From Scyliorhinus canicula (lineage: Eukaryota), in the NCBI RefSeq assembly GCF_902713615.1, contig NC_052152.1:166406712-166470711 (forward strand): a DNA stretch of 64,000 bases, given 5' to 3'. Made by a program: the position numbers and the translations under genes. The notes beneath the pieces were generated by a model that did no database searches, was not told where the DNA came from, and saw only the letters and a list, made by a program, of their open reading frames with translations. How positions within the stretch are numbered: position 1 is the stretch's first letter; each line of letters starts with the position of its first letter. This document shows, in pieces, positions 12,601 through 25,205 of the stretch.

Positions 12601-14829
12601 GGGGGGCGGGGGGGGGGGGGGGGGGGGGGGGGTGGGGGGGGGGGGGGGCGATTATAATTACACCTTCGGGACAAAGTACCACCTTGGTACCCAGTGGAGC
12701 TTTCGTGGGGTGGTGATGTTAAGGAACCTGGTCGGGTTCTTTGACTTGGTGGAAGTCTGGCAGACTCTCCACCCTGACTCCAGCCTTTCACTTTTGTGAG
12801 GCCTGGGGTCAGAGCGTCCAGAATAGACCACCTTTTCATTTCAAGGCGTACCTGCCCCATGTCCGGACGGCCTGTGCAGCAGGTACTGTGCTCGGACCAC
12901 CGTCTGGTGTGGGCGGGCCTCACCCTGTCTTGCGCTCAGTCGCGGTACGCGTACTTGCATTTTAGCAACCTGCTGCTGTAGGACGAGCGGTTCCTGGGCT
13001 TGTTTCGTCACTTCTGGACCAGCTGGAAAAGGAAGCGGGGAGGCTTCCCCTCCTTAAGGCTATGATGGGATGTGGGCAAGACACACGTGTGGAACTTCTG
13101 TCAGGGGTATGCGAGGGGGTCGGCAAAAAGGCGGAAATCTAGGGTCAAGGAGTTGGAGAAGGAGGTGATGGACCCGGAGTCACCTCTCGGTCAGCCCAAT
13201 GAGGACCTGGCCCTGCGGCTGGTATACAGACAGAAGGTCACGCTGTGGGACCTGCAACTTGTTGGGTTCTGGGGCGCGTATGTGAGGTTGTGGATCCAGA
13301 TCCTCAGGGACATGGATTGCTGCTCCCCCTTCTTCTACTCGCTGGTAAAAAGACGCGGGGTCCGTCTCCAGCTCCTTATGCTGCTGGCCGACAATGGTTC
13401 CCTCGCTTTGGATCCGGAGGAGGTCAGGACCCAAATTCGAAGTTTCGACAGTGCCCTATTCTCTCCGGATCTATCCAGCCAGGATGCTTGCAGAGTTTTG
13501 TGGGCGGACCTGCCACAGGTCAGCCCAGAGGGCGAGGGGAGGCTTGAAACCCCTATAAGCCTGGGGGAGCTGACCGGCGCCCTCGACAGCCTGCCCAGGG
13601 CTGGATGGGTTGACCATGGAGTTCTTCGGGGTGTTCTGGGACGTCCTGGGGAGTGACTATGCGGGGCTCCTGAAGAAAGTATCGCAACCGGGAAATGCCC
13701 CTCTCATGGCGCAGAGCCACCATTACCCTGATGCCAAAGAGGGAGGATCTCTGCCATCTTAAAAAATTGTCATCCGGTCTCCCTCCTCAGCATGGATTAC
13801 AAGATTTTCGCCACGGTGATGTGTTTGCGCCTGGCAGTGTGCTGGACCACCTAATCCACCCTGACCAGTCCAACACAGTCCCGGGTCACACGATCCACGA
13901 CAACATCCATCTGGTCCGGGACCAGGTCCATCATTCCCAGAGGGTTGGTATGCCGAGCGTCTTCCTGTCCCTTGATCAGGAGAAGGCAATCAGGGTGGAT
14001 CACGAATATTTATTCGGGCCTCTGCAAGCATTCGGGTTCGGGACACAATTGTTTGCCTGGTTCCGACTTCTGTGTACTGCCGCAGAGTGTCTCGTTAAGG
14101 TTAATGAGTCCATGACGGCACCCCTTTGTTTTGGGAGAGGAGTGCATCAGGGCTGCCCCTTTTCTGGCCAATGCTATTCTATTTGCGGGGAGCCTTTCCT
14201 GCGCTTCCTACAGAGGAGGTTGTTGGGACTGCTTCTGCGCGGGCTGGGTATTGGGGTGATCCACTTGGCTTACGCTGATGACGTACTCCTCATGTTCACT
14301 GACCCTGCTGACATGAGAGAGTGCCAGGCTGTGTACTCTGACGCGTCTTCTGCCAGGAACAACCGGGCCAAGTTTTCCGGACACCTGGTCAGTCCGTGGA
14401 AAATGGACCCCCTCCCAGAGCTCAGGCCTTTCACCTGGTGCAGGACAAGCCTCTTCTACTTGGCAGTCCATCTCTGCTGGGCTGAAGACTCCTGGCCGGC
14501 TAACTGGCAGGGGTTGGAGACCAAGGTCGCCGCTTGCTTGAGACGCTGGACAGGACTTCTCCAAGTGCTGTCTTACAGGGGTCGGGTTCTTGTCATAAAC
14601 CAGCTGGTAGCTTCTATGTTGTGGTACCAGCTGGTCACTTTGACCCTTCCCCCAACGTTGTGACAAAGCTCCAGAGAATGCTTGTAAAGTTCTTCTGGGT
14701 CAAGAGACTGCACTGGGTCACCACTGAGGTTCTGAGTCTCCCGCTTAGGTAGGGCAACCAGTCACTAGTGCTTCCACCTTCAGACCCTGCAGGATACATT
14801 TACATTGTGCCCTGGCAAATAATTTCTTC

Positions 14830-15010
14830 AACCAAAAGAGAAAATGCTGTAAAGTCTCAGCATCCGCCAGCATCTGTAGGGACAGAAAACAGCTAACGTT
14901 TGGACTTCAGGTGACCCTTTGTCAAAGCTCAGATGCTGCCAGACCTGCTGAGATGTTCCAGCATTTTCAGTTTTTCTTTCAGATTCCAGCATCAGCAGTA
15001 AATTGCTTTT
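14830..15010. repeat. Short inverted-repeat element inside Tx1 ORF2
   Basis: AAAATGCTG...CAGCATCTG / AGATGCTG...CAGCATTTT arms; related arms at ~33940-34015 and ~36150-36285. Confidence 0.55.
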
Positions 15011-15913
15011 ATGACGCATTTCTTCCGCCAGGTGCACAGCTTGAATTATGACAAGCAGCTCCTGTTGATAGATCTGCAGTGTCTTCATTACCCTCCGCAG
15101 GCACTGCCTGTCTTTTACCAGTCCCTGCTCAAAGTCTGGAACATGGTCACCTCGCACCGCAGCTCCCCCCCTCCCCCCATCAGGAGTAATGGCTGTCGTC
15201 AGGGAGCCGCTGCTCAGGAATCTGTACCTTCACCAATACCATTTTGAATGGCTGGCGGAGGAGCGAGCTGTGGCTGCTGGCCCGGCTGCTGCTGCACATC
15301 CTTCACCTCGTCCATTGACCAGACATGCCTTGTTGTCGTCTGGTGGCGGAGGTCCCCACCGGAGGTCCCCCTATGGAGGAGTCCACCCCCTGAATCTTGG
15401 GGACCTGGGGTGGAGGGTGTTGCATGCAGCAGTGCCGTACAGTCACTGATTGCACAGATTCACAGACACCCAAGAAGCCTGCCATTCCTGCGGCCTTGCG
15501 GCATCCGTGGACCATGCCTCTGTTTTAGGCTGCACTCCCTTTTTAGTTTTGTGACCAATCTTTTGCTGGAGTTTTGTTTGCATTTCAGCCAAACACTCCT
15601 GATCTTTGGGCACCCAGTGTGGAGAGGGGCAGGGAAGGCGGAGGATCTCCTCATGAACCTGCTCCTGGGCCTGGCGAAGCACGGCATTTATAGGTCCAGT
15701 CTGTGGTGACCGAGGGGGTCGTCTGGCCAGACTGTCTGCCCCTCTTCCGCGGCTACATTCGCTGCCAGGTGTCCCTAAAAAGTTTGCATGTAGTGTCTAC
15801 GGGCACCATCGAGACCTTCCGTGCCTGGTGGGCATCACAGGGGTTGGGGTGCTTTACTGACCTCTTTAACTACACTCTTATTTGATGTTTATAAGTTTCC
15901 GTGGATCTTTGTT

Positions 15914-16260
15914 ATAGAACATAGAACATAGAACAGTACAGCACAGAACAGGCCCTTCGGCCCTCGATGTTGTGCCGAGCATTGATCACCCTACTCAAAC
16001 CCAGGTATCCACCCTATACCCGTAACCCAACAACCCCCCCTTAACCTTACTTTAGGACACTACGGGCAATTTAGCATGGCCAATCCACCTAACCCGCACA
16101 TCTTTGGACTGTGGGAGGAAACCGGAGCACCCGGAGGAAACCCACGCACACACGGGGAGGACGTGCAGACTCCGCACAGACAGTGACCCAGCCGGGAACC
16201 GAACCTGGGACCCTGGAGCTGTGAAGCATTTATGCTAACCACCATGCTACCGTGCTGCCC
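15914..16260 (-). mobile_element. Full-length HE1 SINE in Tx1 3' UTR
   Basis: (ATAGAAC)n tail to GTGCTGCCC head; nearly identical to 52126-52468. Confidence 0.9.
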
Positions 16261-16365
16261 TTTCGGGCATGTTCGGGCAGTGCCCCTAGCAGGAGCGGCC
16301 CTTTTTTGCTGCGTCCCTAAGTTTGTTTCCTTTCTTCTATTTTGTTGTTGGACCTGAAAAGAGTA

Positions 16366-16525
16366 GCCAATCCACTTAACCCGCACATCTTTGGACTGTG
16401 GGGGGGAAACAGGAGCACCCGGAGGAAACCCACGCAGAAACGTACAAACTCCATTCGGAACAGTCACCCAATTTCGGAATCAAACCCTGACTCTGTGAGG
16501 CAGCAGTGCTAGCCACTGTGCCACC
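16366..16525 (-). mobile_element. HE1 SINE 5' half (split by Tx1)
   Basis: GCCAATCCACTTAACCCGCACATCTTTGGAC... continues the 9500-9621 fragment. Confidence 0.8.
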
Positions 16526-16839
16526 TGACAATGAAACAGAAAGGATGATTTTTAAAATGTATTGATCTGTATTGCTACACAGCGCAGAGCATATAGGCGT
16601 GGTATTAAAAACAAGAACATCAGACAATACATAAATCACACAATATTTCTAATAAGTCTTCTAAAAGTCACTGCGTTTTCCGCATTCACAGAAAAACTGC
16701 ACCGTAGGTATTCCACGATTCTGAGACTAAATGGCTGCACACGGGTCGGACTCTTTACTGACGCAACAGTGGGAGCCAGGGATACGTGTGAGAGGAATCC
16801 TTTCATTGCAATAGTGAGCTCGACTTTTGTCTCTGAGTG

Positions 16840-17114
16840 AGCTGGTGTCCGGGCGGGCTTTGTTCACCAGCCACACGGGTGTTACTCCCCTGTCCTCCTG
16901 GACAGCGTGTGCGTGCAGAAGTCACCGATAGTCACTGGGCTGGCGGGCGGAGCCAAGGCGGGACCGAAGTCTGTAAATGGACAGAGGCGACAGGAAGTTG
17001 GGCTGTTGGTCGCCCAGAAAGAAGAGAGGAGCAGCCAAGTAGAGAGAGCGCGTCTCTGCGAAGCCATCAAACTCACTGGGACGCGGGCGGAGTGAAACAA
17101 AAAAGTGATCCGAC
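16840..17114 (+). promoter_or_regulatory. CpG-rich TATA-less ADA promoter / 5' UTR
   Basis: GC boxes GGGCGG at ~16945 and ~17085, ETS-like CAGGAAGT at 16991, raised CpG directly upstream of the ATG. Confidence 0.65.
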
Positions 17115-17162
17115 ATGGCACACAACTCAACAAATAATAAACAGATATTCAACAAAGCCAGG
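17115..17162 (+). CDS. ADA: ADA exon 1, MAHNSTNNKQIFNKAR
   Basis: GACATGG start context, AGG|GTAAG phase-0 donor; FNKAR aligns to human FDKPK. Confidence 0.88.
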
Positions 17163-18074
17163 GTAAGAATCGTTAGCAAGCAGTGACGACTGCTTGTCAT
17201 GATTAATGCTGTAATCTCCTATTACCCTCCCCTTGTTGCTGCAAAGCGCGTTACTTTAACATAAAGTAAGACCATGGTTACCGAGACTGTTATGTCTGAA
17301 ATGAATATTTGGGTCGGTTGTGTGAATGTGTTTGGTAACGTTTGTGATTATTAGGGAGTCTGTGGGTTTACTGTCTCACTCGTCTTTTAGCCGGGGGATG
17401 AGTATTGAGTTGAATGGCAGAGGAGCAATTTGGCTGTTATTCTAAACTTGTAGTCCCTGTCCGATTTTCAGCGGGAGATGTTAATAGAAGATTTAAGACT
17501 TCGATGTAACTGCAACAGGGGGAATTGTGTCCCAGCATGGTTTCAGAAACTTTCACAATGGGTGCTATTCTGCCAGTTTAGATTTCTGTTCGCCACCGTT
17601 AATATCGTTAGTGGTGGTGGGTTGAGAATAATGCTTTTAGATCGCAAATGCTGCTCTTGAATTGGAAACCAACCTTTTTTTCAAATCTCACCATAAATTT
17701 CTTCCTGCCTGTCCAGTAGAGAGGATAACACTTGGGCGTTCGTGCTGAGAATTCCCCTTCCAACAGTTACAATTGAATTGTTCTATTAATCCCAGGTTCA
17801 CTTCAAAAAAATTGATCCTTAAACAAATGCCTCTTATTTTCCAGAGATGGTTGACTCTGGGGTTATCCGGTATTAGGCAACCGGCATTGCAAACCAAAAA
17901 TTACAGAATTCAGTCATTGCATCTTATTTAATCCTGTCATATCCTGTTCCACGCCTTTATTTTGGCACAATTTTTCAGCTCCTCTTCAGAATGATAATGT
18001 GAAATTTATCTAAGCCGGATTTAGATCGGGATTTTACGGTCAGCTGTTGCTTTTAGCTGCCGAACACGTGAGCC

Positions 18075-18096
18075 AGAGAGAGAGAGAGAGAGAGAG
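18075..18096 (+). repeat. (GA)n microsatellite
   Basis: About 11 AG units. Confidence 0.85.
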
Positions 18097-18649
18097 TGTG
18101 AGTGGAGAGCAGTGTTTGCTTCACTTGTTGCAGGTAAGCGTCCAGCACTATTGATGATTGGGAGCTGCTCCAATTGGGACAGGAGTCATGCTCCCTCCCT
18201 GAACAGTTTGCAACCTGCATTTCAAGTGGTCAAAGCACTTGCCAACGTTGAGGGGGTGGAGGGGGGAGTAGCAAGACCTCCCAACTGCCAGGGTACTCAA
18301 AAAAAAAAACACTTTTTCCAATAATCTTTTAAAGAAAGAGTAATTACGAAAAGGCACTAAAAAAAAAGAAATATCCCAATGGTTTTTACACTGCACCCCC
18401 CACAAGTATATTGCTATTCTTATTCCTGCAGGTTTTGAAACATCCTTGAGGGTCAATTATGCTACCTCAGTGGGAAAGTGCAGGCATCTGGAATTCACCC
18501 TCTGATTTACTTTATAACAATCAAAATGATAGTTAGATCTTAGCTTTATTGTCACACATAGGCTTACATTAACACTGCAAGGAAGTTATGAGCCAAAGTT
18601 TGAGGGAGAAGCTTTGTCCATAATTTTGATGGGGAGGGGCATAATGATA

Positions 18650-18820
18650 ATAATAATCACTTTTATTGTCACAAGTAGGCTTCAATGAAGTTACTGCAAA
18701 AAGCTCCTAGTCGCCACATTCCGCGCCAGTTCGGGGAGGCCGGTATGGGAATCTAACCCGTGCTGCTGCCTTGTTCTGCATTACAAGCCAGCTGTTTAGC
18801 CCACTGTGCTACACCAGCAC
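18650..18820 (-). mobile_element. Short tRNA-derived SINE
   Basis: Reverse complement of the family at 27967 and 51200. Confidence 0.8.
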
Positions 18821-19713
18821 CTTAATGGTTGAGGTGCTGATGTTATTTATGTAGGTCTGGTGAGCTGAGGGAGTGGGGAACACATGGGTGTCACAATGCA
18901 CCTCTCCGGGTTGAGGTCTTCTAATGTTGAGCCATCCCTGACACACTCACGAGTATGATTGGGGGTAGAGAGTTTACGGTTGCTGTTTCTGGTGATCCCA
19001 AGGTAACAGCCGGCGAGATTATTTTTGTGGGGCTCGGAGCAACACATGCTCCACAAAGTAAATTGCAAACGTATCTTCTGTAAAACTGGTCAGACTGTAC
19101 ATAGTGCACCCTCTGCCCATCTCTGATCTAAAAATGGCAATGCAATTCTAGGATTTGTATTAAAATGGACCAAGCAACCGATGATTTGGAAAGCCAGCAC
19201 TGGGCCTCTTTCAAGATGTCATCAGCCTCTTTTTTTTTGGTGTTAATTGAATGGGATGACAAACAATTCCATCTTGAGGCTATTGCCAACTGTTCATGAT
19301 ATGTGATACAAGTGAAAATCGACATCCTAATGTCTGTTGGATTTCTGGTGATGCATAGAGATCGATAGGTGTAGGGGTGTCTTGGGTGTGAGAGGTGTTC
19401 TTCCCACTGGGTATCAATAGGGTCTGCTGATGAGAATCTCTGCAGCAATAGCGAAAGGTTCCAAAGGAGGTCAATTCCAGCAACATGCTATGAGGCCGAG
19501 CTGTAATATAGGATACACACGATGACCAGGGCTTGTTTCGGACAGGAGTGAGATTAACTTAAAACGGCCCTGATTTCTCACCTCACCAACGGTGAGACAG
19601 AAAAAAGTTTTGATTTTTGATTACCCCCCACCCCTCCCCTTTGAAGGCCATTTTCCCCATTCCTTCAGCTTTGGAGTGATCCAGTCCTCTTATTAATAAA
19701 CCCCTCAGCAAAT

Positions 19714-20312
19714 TGTTATGGGCCAGGGTTTAGAGAACCCCAAAGTGTGTCATGGAGTTCACCTGACCCACAACTTTTAATAGATTGTGGTATGGGGAGC
19801 ACACGACCCACTCTACAAGTTTGGTACAGCAGAAATGGAAATGTAATTTTTAAAGCAAAGCAATGTTTATTCTATGAACTCAAGTTAAGCTTTTTGAAAC
19901 ATACAGTGAAGATCTTAGCAACCATCAATTCAAATACAACCCCCAAAGAATACAACAATAAGTAATCCTTAATAACTTCCCAAACAACATCCAGAAGACA
20001 GAAGAAACACATTTTAACAGAAGCACATCAGGTTTACTTTCACTACTGAAAACATTTCTAATTCTGAATTCACCAAATAATCAAAGATAGTCGTTTGATG
20101 GCAGAGAGAAGATAGTACACCTGCATGGTCTGGTTTCAGCTCCAACACTGAAAACAAAACTAAAACACACCCTGCACCAAACAGCCTAAAAAGAAAGTAA
20201 AAAGCTGACAGACAGCCCAGCTCCACCCACACTCTGACATCACTGATAAACATCCATTTCTAGAAGGTACATTTCTTAAACACCCATTTCTTAAAGGTAC
20301 TCTCGCATGACA
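19714..20312 (-). repeat. 3' LTR of the Gmr1-like element
   Basis: TG/CA termini, adjacent PPT, homology to 29231-29559. Confidence 0.9.
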
Positions 20313-23300
20313 CCTCCCCCCCCCCGCAAAAAAATAAACCATCAACTTCAAGATGGTTTCATTTTTCACCTTTTCACCATTCGTTAAGAAATGCACACAG
20401 TAAATATACTTTTTTGTTTAAAAAACAACACCTGAAAACAGATATAATAATATAGTCCATTTTTGTTCTTTTTCCTCCAACTGAAATTGCTTCCATTCAT
20501 CACATTCGTGACAAAGCATCGGCTATCACATTTTCCCGTCCTGCCACATGTACTATTTTTAAATAAAATGGCTGTAACACTAAACTCCAGCGAAACAGCC
20601 TTGCATTGTTTTTCCAGAATCGCTCCAAAACGTCAACGGATTATGATCCGTAAATATAACGGTGTCAGACGGATTGCTGGTCACATGAATGTGAAAATGT
20701 TGCAAAGCCAGCACCAAACTCCAAAGTCTCCTTCTCAATCGTGAAATACTTTTTCTGGTGAGAATTCAATTTCTTTGAAAAATAACCAATAGGCTGCTCT
20801 AGCCCTTCGTCGTTGTCTTGTAGAAGCACCGCACCTACACCCACATCACTCGCATCAACCACCACTTTGAATGGTTTTGTATAATTTAGGATGGCTAACA
20901 GAGGAGCAGTGGTTAACACAGCCTTCAGGCCATCAAATGCCTGTTGACACTCCGCTCTCCACTGGAATTTGTTACGCTTCTTGAGCAAGTCCATCAGTGG
21001 AATGACCACACTGCTAAAATGTGGTACAAATTTCCGGTAATATTCACTCATACCAACAAATCGCATTATTTCCCGTCGTGTCGAGTCGAGGGTATCAGAA
21101 ACTCCCCAATAACTTTTGTTTTCACATCCCGTGGGACCATTTGACCCTGTCCGATTGTATGGCCAAGGAAAGTGACTTGGGCCTTTCCAAATTCACTTTT
21201 GACTAGGTTTATCACCCAACCCGCCTCCTGAAGTCGATCGAATAACTCCATCAGATGTTTCAAATGTTCTTTCCATGTCTGGCTGAAAATTACCAGATCG
21301 TCGATGTATACCGCACAATTGGGTAATCCTGAAACAACTTTGTTAGTTAACTGTTGAAATGTGGCTGGTGCGTCTTTCATGCCAAATGGCATAACTTTGA
21401 ATTGGTATATACCAGCTGGAGTCACAAAAGCTGAAATCTCCTTTGCCCTTTCGGATAAAGGTACCTGCCAGTAACCTTTAAGTAAATCCAATTTAGAAAT
21501 AAAAGCTGATTGTCCCACTTTCTCAAGGCAATCCTCCAAACGTGGGATAAGATAAGAGTCCGTTCTTGGAACAGCATTAACCTTTCTATAGTCCACACAA
21601 CTGTTGGGTACCGTCTGGTTTTGGTACCATCACTATGGGTGAGCTCCATTGGCTGCAACCCACTTCAATTATGCCATTTTTAAGCATATTCTCAATCTCT
21701 TTGGTAGCCTGTGCCAATTTTAAAGGGTTCAGTCTATATGGGTGTTGTTTGATTGGAACAGCCTTTCCCACATCTACAAAATGTATAGCCATTTTAGTAC
21801 TTCCCAATTTATCTCCACAAACTTGCCCATGTGATATCAATAACTCTTTCAGGTCAGTTCATTTTCCTCTGGAAGGTAACTCAACAATGTATCCCAATTT
21901 TTATGAACATCCTCGTTTTCCAATTTAATTTGAGGTATCTCAAATTCACAGTCATCTGGATTTGGTTCGTCACTTTGAGTTAGAATCATTAAAACCCGCT
22001 CCTTTTTCTCTCCTTCCCTTTCAAATTACCTTTTAAGCATTTTCACATGACATACTCGGTGAGTCTTCCTTCTATCTGGTTTTTTTACCACATAATTCAC
22101 CTCACTTAATTTCCTTTCAATCTGATAAGGTCCACAAAACCTAGCTTTTAAAGGTTCACCTACCACTGGTAACAATACTAAAACTTTATCTCCAATGGCA
22201 AAACAACGAACTTTGGGTTTCTTGTCTGCGACCCGTTTCATCACATTTTGTGCAAATTTTAAATGTTGCCTAGCCAATTCACTTGCTCTTTTTAATCGTT
22301 CCCTACAATTTGACACATAATCCAATAATGTAACTTCCGATTTCTCACTCACCAATTTTTCTTTAATCAATTTAAGTGGTCCCCTTACCTCATGACCAAA
22401 AATTAGGTTGACTCATTAGGTGCATCCCTAATAGCAAACAGTACGAATGGAATTCCTTTATCCCAATCCTCTGGATAATCGTGACAATAAGCCCTCAACA
22501 TTGTCTTTAATGTCTGATGCCACCTTTCTAATGCTCCCTGCGATTCTGGATGGTACGCAGTTGATTTAAATTGTTTTATTCCTAGCTATCTACAAATCCT
22601 TTGAATAACCTTGAGGTAAAATTTAATCCTTGATCTGATTGTATTTCTGTGGGTAGTCCATATCTAGTAAAGAATTTAAGTAACTCCTCCACAATCTTTT
22701 TAGCTGTAATATTACGTACTGGAATGGCCTCTGGAAACCTAGTAGACACATCCATTATAGTCAAAAGATATTGATTCCCACTTTTCGTTTTCGGAAGCGG
22801 TCCTACGCAATCAATTAGGACTTTTGTAAAAGGTTCCTCAAATGCTGGAATGGGTATTAAGGGCGCTGCTTTTTATCACTGCTTGAAGTTTCCCTATCAC
22901 TTGACATGTGTGACATGATTCACAAAATTTAACTACATCTTTATGTAGTCCAGGCCAATAAAAATTATTTTGGATTTTAGCTTGAGTTTTCCTCCCACTG
23001 GTACCTCATGTGCAACCCGCAACAGCTCCTTTCTATATCCTACCAGCAATACTACTTAATGAACTTCTGTCCACTTTTCATCCGCCTGCTCATGTAAAGA
23101 TCTCCATTTTCTCATCAAGACATCACTTTTACGGTAATCACACTCTGGTATACATTCAGATTCCTCTTCCATACATGCTTTCTGATACATCCATTTTATT
23201 TCTATATCTTTCTGTTGTAACTCCACCAGTTTTTCTGAACTAAAAATATCTGCTTCATCCTCCACCTGTTCTTGTTATTTTTCAACCATCGGATCAAAAA

Positions 23301-25205
23301 TTGTTTCTGATAATTGCACTTCAACTTCATCTTCACTCTTTGATTTCTCCTCTTGTCTTAACCTGTGACTTTGCAACCTTGTTACTATGCAATGCGGAAA
23401 AATCCCAGGATATTTGTCCTTCAACACTTCAGTTGTCTGATTTTCCACTGGCTTATCAACCACAATAGGCAACACTCCCACCTGCGATCCAGCTATATAA
23501 TTACCCAAGATAAACTAGTCCTGGACAAGATAGTTTCTCTATTACTCCTACTACCACTTCACCACTCTTCACTGGACTTTCCAACCTGACCTTATATAAT
23601 TGAACACTACTCTGCTCACCCTGAATTCCACATATTACCACCTTTTCTCGCAACATTCTTCCCAAACTACATAACTCCTCATCTCTTACCATTAAATATT
23701 GACCAGCTCCCGTATCTCTTAAAATTGGGACTTCTTTACCTGCTCCTCCTGATACACGTGAGTAAAATTTACCCACACAAGTAAATTCTTTAAAGACATC
23801 TGGCACCTTCTTATCAATCATCTCTTGATCAGGCTATACAATCTTTTGCACATCCTTTGCTTCACTTGGGCTTTCCTTTACCACTTCAACAAACCCCACT
23901 GTCTCATCCTGTTTTACCACATCAGCCTTCCCAGTGCTTTTCTTCAACCACCAACACTGTGACTTTACATGGCCTAGTTTGTTACAGTGAAAATATTTGA
24001 AACATTTCATGTCTCTTTTTCATGCACCGTGGCTGGCTCTGCTGCACAGAAGGGCGGGAAAACGACTGGCAGGGCTATAGTCATAGGGGATTAAATCGTA
24101 AGGGGAATAGACAGACGTTTCTGTGGTCGAATACGAGACACCCGAATGGTATGTTGCCTCCCGGGTGCACGGGTCAGGGTGTCTCAGATCGGCTGCAGGA
24201 CATACTGAAGGGGGAGGGTGAACAGCCAGTTGTCGTAGAGCATATAGGCACCAACAATATAGGTAAAAAACGGGATGAGGTCCTACAATCAGAATTTAGG
24301 GAGTTAGGAGATAAATTTAAAAAGTAGGACCTCAAAGGTAGCAATCTCAGGATTGCGACCAGTGCCACGAGACAGTCAGAGTAGAAATTCAAGAATAGTC
24401 AGAGTAGAATACGTGGCTTGAGAGATGGTGCAGGAGAGAGGGGTTCAGATTTGTGGGACATTGGAACCGGTTCTGGGGGCGGTGGGACCATTACAAATTG
24501 GATGGTCTACACCTGGGCAGGACTGGGACTGGAACCAATGTCCTAGGGGGTGTTTTTGCTAACACCGTTGGGGAGGTTTTAAACTAATGTGGCAGGGGGA
24601 TGGGAACCAGATTAGGAAGTTAGAGGGACAAGTGGTCTGAGGTGCATTTGTTTTAATGCAAGAAGTGTAGCAGGTAAGGCAGACGAATTTAGGGCTTGGA
24701 TTAGTACCTGGGAATATGGTGTTATTGGTATTACTGAGACTTGGTTGAGGGAAGGGCAAGACTGGCAACTGAATATCCCAGGGTACAGATGCTTCAGGAG
24801 GGATAGAAAGGGAGGTAAAAGGGGTGGAGGAGTTGCATTACTAGTCAGAGATGATATCACAGCTGTGATTAAGGAGGGCATGATGGAGGATTCGAGCACT
24901 GAGGCAATATGGATAGAGCTAAGAAATAGGAAGGGTGCAGTAACATTGTTGTGACTTTACTACAGGCCTCCCAAAAGCGAGCGTGACGTAGAGGTACAAA
25001 TATGTATACAGATTAGAGAACAATGTAGGAGCAATAGGTGGTCGTGATGGGAGATTTTTACTTCCCCAACATTGAATGGGACTCATGTAGTGTTGGAGGT
25101 GTAGATGGAGCAGAATTTGTAAGGAGCATCCAGGAGAGTTTTTTAGAGCAGTATGTAAATAGGCAAACTCGGGAAGGGGCCATACTGGACCTGGTATTGG
25201 GGAAT

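Larger units (their letters stand above)
9622..16365 (+). mobile_element. Near full-length degenerate Tx1-clade non-LTR retrotransposon
   Basis: ORF1 with decayed zinc knuckle (NACKKVRHVRKSWP); ORF2 from 12180 with APE endonuclease (TIASFNIN, FLQEIH, SDH) and RT (LSLDQEKA, QGCPFS, AYADDV); flanked by GCCAAT duplication. Confidence 0.88.

Noticed and set aside
11140-12650. Poly-G runs as programmed frameshift sites in Tx1
   Set aside because: Homopolymer expansion or sequencing error is more likely; the element has many other disabling lesions.
18224-18312. Short segment ending in an A-run, possibly a retroposed small RNA
   Set aside because: No TSD and no recognisable RNA family.
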